Positions 1 to 11,764 of a DNA stretch of 32,000 bases are shown here, in pieces. Both the position numbers and the translations under genes were made by a program. The first letter of the stretch is position 1; each line of letters opens with the position of its first letter. Where the stretch lies: NCBI RefSeq assembly GCF_000091665.1, contig NC_000909.1:152871-184870 (forward strand). The letters run 5' to 3'. Source of the stretch: Methanocaldococcus jannaschii DSM 2661. GTDB lineage: Archaea; AGJL01; Methanococci; Methanococcales; Methanocaldococcaceae. Below the pieces are notes generated by a model. That model did not search any database. It was not told where the DNA came from and saw only the letters and a program-made list of their open reading frames with translations.

Positions 1-177
1 GTTGCTCATAAATGCACCCTCTGCTTGGATGTTGATAGAATAACTCCAGCCTGTGTAGAGGCTTGTAAGGACAAAGCCCTCTTATTAGTATCAGAAGAAA
101 CACTTGACATGATGAAAGAAGAGAAAAGAAAAAAAATACTTAAAATTTTGAGAGAAGAAGCTAAAGAAAACCTATAA
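1..177 (+). CDS. C-terminal end of a 4Fe-4S ferredoxin-domain protein (5' end outside window)
   Basis: Frame 1 is open from nt 1 to TAA at 175-177. The translation VAHKCTLCLDVDRITPACVEACKDKAL... carries a CxxC...PxCxxxC iron-sulfur motif. It lies directly upstream of cdhC. Confidence 0.6.
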   Translation, partial: VAHKCTLCLDVDRITPACVEACKDKALLLVSEETLDMMKEEKRKKILKILREEAKENL

Positions 178-199
178 AAACACTTAAAGGTGAGAAAGC

Positions 200-1609
200 A
201 TGTTTGATGATATCCCTGTCTCTGTTGGGCCGATGAATGAGGGGGAGAGAGTTAGGGGCCCTGATATGTATGTTGAACTTGCAGGGCCGAAGAGTTATGG
301 TTTTGAGTTGGTAAAAGTTGTAAATAAAGCAGAGGATAAGGTTGAAATTATAGGAAAAGATATTGATGAGATGGAAGAGGGTAGTAGAAACCCATTCGCT
401 ATAATTGTTGAAGTTAGTGGAAGTAATTTGGAGGAAGATTTAGAAGGAGTTTTAGAAAGAAGAATCCATGAGTTTTTAAATTACATAGAAGGAGTAATGC
501 ACCTAAACCAAAGAGACCAAGTATGGATAAGAATAAATAAGGATTCTTTTAATAAGGGATTGAGATTAAAGCATATTGGAAAAGTCGTTCAAAGATTGTT
601 TAAGGCAGAGTTTCCGTTTATAGAAAAATGTGATGTAACCATCATAACAGACCCAGAAAAAGTTAAAGAAGAGTTAGAAAAGGCAAGAGAAATTTACAAC
701 AAAAGAGATGAGAAAACTAAGGCACTGCATGAAGAGGATGTTGATGTATTCTATGGTTGTGTGATGTGTCAAAGTTTCGCTCCAACACACGTGTGTGTTA
801 TAACTCCAGACAGACCAGCGTTGTGTGGAGGTATAAACTACTTAGATGCAAGGGCTGCTGCTAAAATAGACCCTAACGGACCGATATTTGAAATACCTAA
901 AGGAGAATGCTTGGATGAAAAGTTAGGAATTTACTCTGGAGTAAATGAAGTTGTTAGAGAAAGGTCTCAAGGAACTGTTGAAGAGGTAACCCTACATAGT
1001 GCATTAGAAAAACCTTGCACATCTTGCGGATGCTTTGAGGCTATTGTCTTCTACATCCCAGAGGTTGATGGATTTGGTATAGCACATAGGGGATATAAAG
1101 GAGAAACTCCAATGGGAATTCCATTCTCTACTTTAGCTGGGCAGTGTAGTGGTGGAAAGCAGGTTCCTGGGTTCGTTGGTATTTCAATATCTTATATGAA
1201 ATCCCCTAAGTTCTTACAGGGAGACGGTGGTTGGGAGAGGGTTGTTTGGTTACCGAAAGAGTTAAAAGAGAGAGTTAAAGATGCGATACCAGAAGAGTTG
1301 TATGATAAGATAGCTACAGAAGAAGACGTTAAAACAACTGATGAATTAATCAAGTTCCTAAAAGAAAAAGGACACCCATGTGCTGAAAGAATAGGTGCTG
1401 AAGTTGAAGAAGAGGCAATTGAAGAGGAAGAAGTAGAAGAAGAGATGGAAGAAGTTGAAGGAATTGAAGTACCAACTATGACTCTTCCAGGAACATTTGC
1501 TGGGCTTCCACCAGGAATAAAAATAGTCTTATACAATGCAGTAATTAAAGCAGAAAAAATAATTATTACAAAAGAAGAGCCAGAAAAGAAGAAGAAAAAG
1601 AAGAAGTAA
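200..1609 (+). CDS. cdhC: Acetyl-CoA decarbonylase/synthase complex beta subunit (A-cluster subunit)
   Basis: 469 aa ORF with a GGTGA SD 6 nt upstream. It has the conserved FYGCVMCQSFAPTHVCVITPDRPALCGG and CTSCGCFE cysteine motifs typical of CdhC/AcsB, and an acidic then poly-Lys C-terminal tail. Confidence 0.9.
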   Translation: MFDDIPVSVGPMNEGERVRGPDMYVELAGPKSYGFELVKVVNKAEDKVEIIGKDIDEMEEGSRNPFAIIVEVSGSNLEEDLEGVLERRIHEFLNYIEGVMHLNQRDQVWIRINKDSFNKGLRLKHIGKVVQRLFKAEFPFIEKCDVTIITDPEKVKEELEKAREIYNKRDEKTKALHEEDVDVFYGCVMCQSFAPTHVCVITPDRPALCGGINYLDARAAAKIDPNGPIFEIPKGECLDEKLGIYSGVNEVVRERSQGTVEEVTLHSALEKPCTSCGCFEAIVFYIPEVDGFGIAHRGYKGETPMGIPFSTLAGQCSGGKQVPGFVGISISYMKSPKFLQGDGGWERVVWLPKELKERVKDAIPEELYDKIATEEDVKTTDELIKFLKEKGHPCAERIGAEVEEEAIEEEEVEEEMEEVEGIEVPTMTLPGTFAGLPPGIKIVLYNAVIKAEKIIITKEEPEKKKKKKK

Positions 1610-1624
1610 TTTTTATCTCTTTTA
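1610..1624 (+). terminator. Oligo-T tract after cdhC
   Basis: TTTTTATCTCTTTT starts immediately after the TAA stop. Archaeal termination typically uses T-runs. Confidence 0.4.
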
Positions 1625-1740
1625 CAAAATTTTATTTTCAGTTTTATTTGTATATTTAAATTTATTGATATAATGTGATAAAATAAAATAATAACTATAC
1701 ACCCATATAACCCATTCAAGAATTTCCATTCCTTTTTTTG

Positions 1741-1764
1741 GGCCATGCATAGGCTTCCACATCC
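1741..1764 (-). other. 3' half of the 23S pre-rRNA processing stem
   Basis: GGCCATGCATAGGCTTCCACATCC is the perfect reverse complement of 4801-4824, so the two halves bracket the 23S rRNA. Confidence 0.85.
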
Positions 1765-1772
1765 GCTTAGTG

Positions 1773-4792
<3,020 letters not shown>

Positions 4793-4800
4793 TTTCACCG

Positions 4801-4824
4801 GGATGTGGAAGCCTATGCATGGCC
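4801..4824 (-). other. 5' half of the 23S pre-rRNA processing stem
   Basis: GGATGTGGAAGCCTATGCATGGCC is a perfect 24-nt complement of 1741-1764. Confidence 0.85.
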
Positions 4825-4834
4825 CTCATGTTTT

Positions 4835-4928
4835 TACGGGACTTTCGCAGTTTGTAATATTTATAAGGTAGTGAGATGCTGAAAGCATCAATTACCAAAT
4901 AAAAATTATTTCCTGCGAAAGTCCCGTA
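4835..4928 (+). repeat. TIR element copy A (94 bp) in the tRNA-Ala/23S spacer, antisense to the operon
   Basis: Perfect 16-bp terminal inverted repeat, TACGGGACTTTCGCAG (4835-4850) and CTGCGAAAGTCCCGTA (4913-4928). Central hairpin GATGCT-GAA-AGCATC at 4875-4889. Same layout as copies B and C. Confidence 0.8.
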
Positions 4929-4940
4929 TCAGGCCCTTCA

Positions 4941-4964
4941 CCTGCAACTCTTTGGAGTTGCAGG
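4941..4964 (-). other. Perfect 10-bp hairpin in the spacer just 3' of tRNA-Ala
   Basis: CCTGCAACTC-TTTG-GAGTTGCAGG, ending 12 nt from the tRNA 3' end. Confidence 0.7.
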
Positions 4965-4976
4965 CTGCATATATAG

Positions 4977-5049
4977 TGGACCCGGTGGGATTTGAACCCA
5001 CGGCCTCCGGCTTGCAAGGCCGGCGCTCTCCCAGCTGAGCTACGGGCCC
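4977..5049 (-). tRNA. tRNA-Ala (anticodon UGC), CCA not encoded
   Basis: The reverse complement is GGGCCCGTAGCTCAGCTGGGAGAGCGCCGGCCTTGCAAGCCGGAGGCCGTGGGTTCAAATCCCACCGGGTCCA. It folds as a cloverleaf with the G3:U70 alanine identity pair, a CTTGCAA anticodon loop and a GGTTCAAATCC T-arm. Confidence 0.95.
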
Positions 5050-5060
5050 ACTTTCCCTAT

Positions 5061-5102
5061 GAGGCAAGCCCACGACTGGTTTGGTGCCCCGCAGCAACCA
5101 GC
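5061..5102 (-). other. 3' half of the 16S pre-rRNA processing stem
   Basis: GAGGCAAGCCCACGACTGGT..CCCCGCAGCAACCAGC is complementary to 6634-6676. An unpaired middle segment (TTGGTG versus TTTCACC) is consistent with a bulge-helix-bulge site. Confidence 0.8.
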
Positions 5103-5113
5103 GCTTTTTTCTC

Positions 5114-6589
<1,476 letters not shown>

Positions 6590-6606
6590 TAAGTGGGAGG
6601 TACGGT

Positions 6607-6633
6607 CGCAAGAAAGGATAAACCTTTCTTGCG
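6607..6633 (-). other. Perfect 11-bp hairpin in the 16S leader
   Basis: CGCAAGAAAGG-ATAAA-CCTTTCTTGCG lies between the mature 16S 5' end and the processing stem. Confidence 0.7.
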
Positions 6634-6676
6634 GCTGGTTGCTGCGGGGTTTCACCACCAGTCGTGGGCTTGCCTC
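6634..6676 (-). other. 5' half of the 16S pre-rRNA processing stem
   Basis: GCTGGTTGCTGCGGGG..ACCAGTCGTGGGCTTGCCTC is complementary to 5061-5102. Confidence 0.8.
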
Positions 6677-6811
6677 AGCCCCAACCCCTCCGGATTGGGG
6701 ACGCATCCCTCAAGTGCATCCTATAACGAGAGGTTGTTATATGCAACGTTTTTAGGAATAGAACAATAATTTGAATAAATTATTAATACATGCTATGAGA
6801 GAAGATTATTG

Positions 6812-6909
6812 TAATAGGACTTTCGCAGGAATAAATTTTTTATTGCGTATTGACACCCTCTGGGTGTCTAAGTTCCAAATTCAATATATAAATTGCGAAA
6901 GTCCTATTA
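6812..6909 (-). repeat. TIR element copy B (98 bp) upstream of 16S, with its TATA box reading toward the operon
   Basis: TIR TAATAGGACTTTCGCAG (6812-6828) and TTGCGAAAGTCCTATTA (6893-6909), 16 of 17 positions complementary. Central hairpin GACACCC-TCT-GGGTGTC at 6852-6868. The minus-strand stretch TTTATATATTGAATTTGGAAcTTAGA is nearly identical to copy C. Confidence 0.8.
6885..6892 (-). promoter_or_regulatory. Candidate TATA box of the rRNA operon (inside TIR element B)
   Basis: The minus strand reads CGCAATTTATATATTG, an exact TTTATATA box and the best TATA match upstream of the 16S leader. The predicted start, about 23 nt downstream, falls in the hairpin loop near 6860. Confidence 0.5.
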
Positions 6910-6933
6910 TAAAATATTTGGAGCGTGGGATAC

Positions 6934-7215
6934 ATGGATGAAGTTAATATTAAAGTTGGAGATTATGTGGTTTATATAAATACTGGAACAAAAGGAAGAG
7001 TTGTAGATATAAGAAAAGACGAAAATGGAGACATTTGGGTTGTGTTAGATAACAATTTAATGTATAGACCGCACCTATTGAGAGTTATCGATAAGTCGAA
7101 GATAACAGAAAGAAAAGAAGATATTGATGAAGTCGTTAAGAAATTAGAAAAAGAAGAATTAGAAGAAGGAAAATTAATAGACCTGGATTTAGGAGATGCT
7201 TGTGGGGCTGGATAA
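6934..7215 (+). CDS. Small conserved hypothetical protein (beta-rich N-terminal half, acidic C-terminal half)
   Basis: The ORF track starts at GTG 6925. ATG 6934 has a GGAG SD 10 nt upstream. The protein is MDEVNIKVGDYVVYINTGTKGRVVDIRKDENGDIWVVLDN... Function is unknown. Confidence 0.6.
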   Translation: MDEVNIKVGDYVVYINTGTKGRVVDIRKDENGDIWVVLDNNLMYRPHLLRVIDKSKITERKEDIDEVVKKLEKEELEEGKLIDLDLGDACGAG

Positions 7216-7281
7216 ATCATTATTATTTTCCTTTTATTTTTTAAATTTTTTAAATTTTTATAAACTTGTATTGGTGATTTA

Positions 7282-8406
7282 ATGCTCTCCGACTATGAGG
7301 AGTTTTTAAGATTAGAGAAGGCAAGAAAAATTATCTTAGAAATATTAAATGAAAAGGGTAGAGATGCATTGTATGACTTAAGTGGATTGTCAGGAGGGTT
7401 TTTAATAGATGAAAAAGATAAAGCTTTATTAAATACCTACATTGGGTCATCTTACTTTGCAGAGAAGGTTAATGAATATGGGCTTAAACATTTAGGTGGA
7501 GATGAGAATGATAAATGTGTTGGTTTTAATAGAACATCATCGGCAATTTTAGCCACTATATTGGCATTAAAACCAAAAAAAGTTATCCACTATCTACCAG
7601 AACTTCCAGGACATCCATCAATAGAGAGAAGTTGTAAAATTGTTAATGCTAAGTATTTTGAATCTGATAAAGTAGGAGAGATTTTAAATAAAATAGATAA
7701 AGATACTCTAGTTATTATCACTGGTTCAACAATGGATTTGAAAGTTATTGAACTTGAAAACTTTAAAAAAGTTATTAATACAGCTAAAAATAAAGAAGCT
7801 ATTGTCTTTGTTGATGATGCCTCTGGAGCGAGAGTTAGGTTGTTATTTAATCAACCTCCAGCATTAAAATTGGGAGCTGATTTGGTAGTTACAAGCACAG
7901 ATAAGCTTATGGAAGGACCGAGGGGAGGTTTATTAGCTGGAAAAAAGGAACTTGTTGATAAGATATATATTGAAGGCACTAAGTTTGGCTTAGAAGCTCA
8001 GCCCCCTTTATTGGCTGGTATATATAGAGCTTTAAAAAACTTTAACTTAGAAAGAATTAGAAAAGCATTTGAAAGGGCTAAAAACTTTGATTTATCTAAG
8101 ATTGAAAAATTAAACAAAGAGCTTAAGGCAATAGATGATAATATAAATATTGTTTATGAAAGAACACCAACGGGATTTGTAATAAAAAGAGTTTATAAAG
8201 ATGACACTATAAATATTAAAAAACTCATTGAGATTGGGTTTAATTTGTTAAAAAATTATGGAATTATAACTATAACCGTGGCAGGTATGCCTGGGGCAAG
8301 TAAAAGTTTAAGGATTGATTTAACATCAAGGGATGCTGAAAGGATTGATGATAATTATATAATAAAGGCAATAGTTGAATCAATAAAAATGGCTTTTAAA
8401 TCTTAA
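7282..8406 (+). CDS. PLP-dependent SelA-like protein (aminotransferase fold, UPF0425-type)
   Basis: 374 aa with a GGTGAT SD. It has the motif [10 protein letters not shown]...[15 protein letters not shown] with a candidate PLP lysine. I recall this as the M. jannaschii MJ0158-type protein. Confidence 0.75.
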
Positions 8407-8440
8407 AAAGTTTAAAGTTCCTTTATATCACTAATTGTGG

Positions 8441-8467
8441 TTAAATATTTTTATAACTCTTTAAATC
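8441..8467 (-). pseudogene. 27-bp diverged duplicate of the nrpR 3' terminus (..DLKSYKNI*)
   Basis: TTAAATATTTTTATAACTCTTTAAATC matches 8554-8580 (TTAAATCTCCTTATAACTCTTTAAATC) at 24 of 27 positions, stop codon included. Confidence 0.75.
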
Positions 8468-8468
8468 C

Positions 8469-8524
8469 ATAGGGGAAGCCCCTATTGGGATACCCGAGCG
8501 GGGCTTCACTTCGTTCAGCCCCAC
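8469..8524 (-). ncRNA. Candidate small structured RNA: GC-rich double hairpin in the nrpR 3' flank
   Basis: This is the only sizeable GC-rich island outside the rRNA operon. Hairpins are ATAGGGG-AAG-CCCCTAT (8469-8485) and GGGGCT-11 nt-AGCCCC (8500-8522). Read on the minus strand, the second hairpin extends with a G-U pair and has the GA-AC-GAA-GT-GA core. Confidence 0.4.
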
Positions 8525-8553
8525 TTTAATGAGAGTATTTAGGATATATGAGT

Positions 8554-10173
8554 TTAAATCTCCTTATAACTCTTTAAATCTGAAAATCTAACAACTTCAT
8601 GCATTGCCTTTAACTCAATAGGTATTTCATTCTCTTTCAATAACACTAAGGGATTTATTCCCCCCATTGTTACAACTCCACACATGTCTTTATTCACGCC
8701 AATACCATAAAGTTCATTGTTTGGCTCTCCTATAGCTTTAATACCATTCCAATTTAATTTCTTTAAAACTTCTTCTAATTTCTCTCTTGCAACTCTATGC
8801 ACTTCCCTAAATCCTGCCAAAAATGTTTTTTCACAATCAACAAAATTAAAGAAAACTTCATGAGGGTCTAATGACGAACCATCATAACCAATTATATCAA
8901 TAAACCTCTCCTTATCTTCAGTTATCTCCAAAATCCCCCCATATTTTGGTATGAGAGGAACTGAGTTTCTTAAAAATATTCCATCTAAGGTTACAGCACA
9001 GATTGTTTGAATTTTTATCCTATCATTTTCTTCAACAATTCCAAATCTGTCGGATATGCCTAAACCTTTTTTATATGCCTCTTTTAGTATATCAAATGCC
9101 TCATCAAGGTATTTTTTATCGATAAATGCAGTATTTACTATAACATCTCCATCAGCTTCATCTATATCATAGGTTACCTTTGCCATTGCATTGAACATTT
9201 TTGATAAAGCGGTTTTTATTCTTATATTTGCCTTCTTTGTTACTATATCCCTTGGATTCTTTTTAAGCTTATGGAGAGATTCTAATCTAACAATTGATGA
9301 CATTGGACAAATTTCAACGCAGTAGTTGTTTTCAACAAATGGAGCTATTGGTGTTAGACCTCCAATTAAAGCGACTCCCACCTTATCATCTCCAACATCT
9401 AATCCTAAAACATTTTCTGTCCCATAACTAATAATACATTTTAATTCATCTATCTCCAATATAGTCTCAAATCTCTCCAAAAACTCAACTCCAAAGTATC
9501 TAAAGTTTGCTGGTAAATAACCCTCCCCATTCTCTATAATACCCATAACATCTGTTTCTTTCTTCTCAATAAATGCTCTCAATGGGTCTATAGATGTAGA
9601 TTTGTAATCTATAATTTCTTTAAATTCTACTGGTTTTCCATCCTCATATTTAACAACTCCAGCACATACATGGAGTGGAAAAATGCCATTTTGTAGTAGG
9701 ATATTATCAAAGTTTAATGAGCAGAGGGTATTTATTTCCACGAATTTTTCCCTATCTATAATTCCAACTCTATCCCCAACAGCCAAACCAGACTCATAGA
9801 CACTTTTTATTATTTTTAACACATCATTAAAGTCTGCATAAACCTGACATCTGTTGATAACTACATATCCAAACCTATAGTTGGCAGATATTGTTTTTTC
9901 CAATATATTCGAGTAAATACTCCCCAGTCTATAAGATATATTAGCTTTCTCCAACTCCTCTAAACCTCTCTCAGTTATAACCCTTCCAGCATAACCAACT
10001 TTTTTTGTTAATTTCATCCCATCCAATAACTTTAAATGATATCTCACAGCCCTCTCTCCAATTTTATAACCCCTCTTATTAAGTTCTTTAGCTATAATTT
10101 TAGCCCCTACAGGCTCTTTTGATTTAGATAAAATATCTAAAATTTCTATTAACTTCCTATCAAGGTCTGCCAT
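8554..10173 (-). CDS. nrpR: Nitrogen regulatory repressor NrpR (wHTH plus two NrpR regulatory domains)
   Basis: The N-terminal winged-helix region is LDRKLIEILDILSKSKEPVGAKIIAKELNKRGYKIGERAVRYHLKLLD, followed by two repeated roughly 230-aa domains. The start is moved from the GTG inside GGTGA to ATG 10173. Confidence 0.85.
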   Translation of the reverse strand: MADLDRKLIEILDILSKSKEPVGAKIIAKELNKRGYKIGERAVRYHLKLLDGMKLTKKVGYAGRVITERGLEELEKANISYRLGSIYSNILEKTISANYRFGYVVINRCQVYADFNDVLKIIKSVYESGLAVGDRVGIIDREKFVEINTLCSLNFDNILLQNGIFPLHVCAGVVKYEDGKPVEFKEIIDYKSTSIDPLRAFIEKKETDVMGIIENGEGYLPANFRYFGVEFLERFETILEIDELKCIISYGTENVLGLDVGDDKVGVALIGGLTPIAPFVENNYCVEICPMSSIVRLESLHKLKKNPRDIVTKKANIRIKTALSKMFNAMAKVTYDIDEADGDVIVNTAFIDKKYLDEAFDILKEAYKKGLGISDRFGIVEENDRIKIQTICAVTLDGIFLRNSVPLIPKYGGILEITEDKERFIDIIGYDGSSLDPHEVFFNFVDCEKTFLAGFREVHRVAREKLEEVLKKLNWNGIKAIGEPNNELYGIGVNKDMCGVVTMGGINPLVLLKENEIPIELKAMHEVVRFSDLKSYKEI

Positions 10174-10219
10174 TATTATCACCTAAAAAATAATTATTAA
10201 AAAAAAGAATAATAAAAAT

Positions 10220-11626
10220 TTATTTATCTAATCTCTCTTTCAATAACTCAATGACTCTCTTTGGATCTGCCCTTCCCCTTGTTAATCTCATTACTTGCCC
10301 CATTAAGAAGTTCAATGCCTCTTTTTTACCATTTAGATAATCTTCAACTGCCTTTGGATTGTTTTTAATAGCTTCCTCAACCGCTTTAACTAAAGCGTCT
10401 TCATCTCTAATAACTGTTAATCCAAGCTCCTCAACGAGTTCTTTAGGCATCTTCTTTCCTCTATTTATAACCAACAAATCAACAATCTCTTTAGCTATTT
10501 TTTGAGATATAACCCCCTCTTTAATTAGCTTTATTAATTCAACTATATGCTCTGCCTTAACCCCACTCTCATACAAATCTACTTTGTGATACTGTAAAGA
10601 CCTCCTCAACTCATTTCTAATCCATGTAACTGCCAAATCAACATTTTCCTTATTAACACCTAAGGATTTAACAACTTCCTCAAACATTTCAGCCATATCT
10701 AAGTCAGAAACTAATACCTTAGCATCCTCTTCATCAATACCATACTCTTCAACAAATCTTTTCTTCTTAGCTAATGGTGTTTCTGGCATTTTTTCCTCTA
10801 TTTCCTTAACCCATTTTTCAGAGATGACTATTGGCTGAATGTCTGGGTCTGGAATATATCTGTAATCTTCAGCAGTCTCTTTACTTCTCATTGCCTTAGT
10901 TATCATCTGACTTTCTAAGAATGCTCTTGTTTCTCTTTTAACCTCTCCCCCTCTTTTAATAATGTTTTTCTGTCTGATTAGTTCATATTTTAGAACTTTA
11001 TAAACCCCTTTAATTGAATTGACGTTTTTAACCTCAACCCTATTTCCTTGGACTCCCATATATTCAATGGAAATATTTACATCAGCCCTCATTGTTCCTT
11101 CTCCTCTTAAACAGCCAAGGTATCTGAATAATGTCATCAATTGCTTTAAAAATTCTCTTGCTTCTTCTGGGCTTTTTATATCTGGCTTTGTAACAATCTC
11201 AATTAGTGGGGTTCCGCTTCTGTTATAATCAACAATTCCAAAACTTGGGTTGTACTGCCCAGGGTCTTCCTCTAAATGAACCTCATGTATTCCAATACCC
11301 ATAAACTCTCCATCTACTCCAATAGGGGTTGAAGTTCTCTGATAACCGCTCGGTAAATCTGGATAATCATAATGCTTTCTTTGGAAGTAAATATCTTCAT
11401 CAACAACTATTTTACAACCAAGCATCTTTGCAACCATTATTGCAACTTCCACTGCCTTTTTATTTGGTGGGAGTGGTTTTGCTCCAGGCAATCCAAGACA
11501 GACAGGACAAACATTCGTGTTTGGCTCTGCATCTAAATAATTCGTTGAGCAGTTACAGAATAATTTTGATTTTGTATCAATTTGAACATGTATCTCCAAA
11601 CCACACTTCATTTTAACATCTTCCAT
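10220..11626 (-). CDS. gatB: Asp/Glu-tRNA amidotransferase subunit B
   Basis: KCGLEIHVQIDTKSKLFCNC...VCPVCLGLPGAKP and the rest of the sequence are typical GatB. The start is set at ATG 11626 (MEDVKMK) behind a GGTGGAAAT SD. The track start at 11638 includes the SD. Confidence 0.9.
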   Translation of the reverse strand: MEDVKMKCGLEIHVQIDTKSKLFCNCSTNYLDAEPNTNVCPVCLGLPGAKPLPPNKKAVEVAIMVAKMLGCKIVVDEDIYFQRKHYDYPDLPSGYQRTSTPIGVDGEFMGIGIHEVHLEEDPGQYNPSFGIVDYNRSGTPLIEIVTKPDIKSPEEAREFLKQLMTLFRYLGCLRGEGTMRADVNISIEYMGVQGNRVEVKNVNSIKGVYKVLKYELIRQKNIIKRGGEVKRETRAFLESQMITKAMRSKETAEDYRYIPDPDIQPIVISEKWVKEIEEKMPETPLAKKKRFVEEYGIDEEDAKVLVSDLDMAEMFEEVVKSLGVNKENVDLAVTWIRNELRRSLQYHKVDLYESGVKAEHIVELIKLIKEGVISQKIAKEIVDLLVINRGKKMPKELVEELGLTVIRDEDALVKAVEEAIKNNPKAVEDYLNGKKEALNFLMGQVMRLTRGRADPKRVIELLKERLDK

Positions 11627-11651
11627 ATTTCCACCCATTAAATTTTAATTT

Positions 11652-11679
11652 ACACCTCCGAGCGTAAGCGAGGAGGTGT
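11652..11679 (+). repeat. GA-bulged hairpin copy 2
   Basis: ACACCTCC-GA-GC-GTAA-GC-GA-GGAGGTGT has a perfect 8-bp outer stem and lies between the gatB start and the gatB 5' remnant. Confidence 0.8.
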
Positions 11680-11698
11680 TAGTTTTGATGAAACTTTA

Positions 11699-11764
11699 TT
11701 AAATTTTCACGTGCATTTCCAAACCACACTTCATTTTAACGTCATCGTTCATGTTTCCACCTTA
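11699..11764 (-). pseudogene. Diverged duplicate of the gatB 5' end (SD plus 17-codon mini-ORF MNDDVKMKCGLEMHVKI*)
   Basis: A 23-nt exact core (11718-11740 equals 11595-11617) has flanking similarity that includes the GGTGGAAA SD and the ATG (11752). It carries a one-codon indel and then a stop. Confidence 0.8.

Noticed and set aside
1610-1772. Expected 5S rRNA gene downstream of 23S
   Set aside because: The sequence beyond the 23S processing stem is AT-rich, with no GC-rich segment of about 120 nt and no 5S-like helices. The operon simply lacks 5S.
8525-8553. Plus-strand similarity GAGAGTATTTAGGATATAT to the minD 3' end GAGATTATTTAGGATGTAT (19141-19159), suggesting a MinD C-terminal remnant
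   Set aside because: The match is only 16 of 19 in AT-rich sequence, there is no stop at the corresponding position and no further homology on either side. This is within chance expectation given how many comparisons I made.
11680-11700. Shared TTTTGRTGAARCTTT motif after hairpin copies 2 and 3, as a conserved part of the hairpin element
   Set aside because: In both cases the motif falls inside the decayed gene remnant (gatB 5' fragment, MscS 3' fragment). It is better explained by those unrelated coding remnants plus AT-rich chance similarity, and copy 1 lacks it on the same side.
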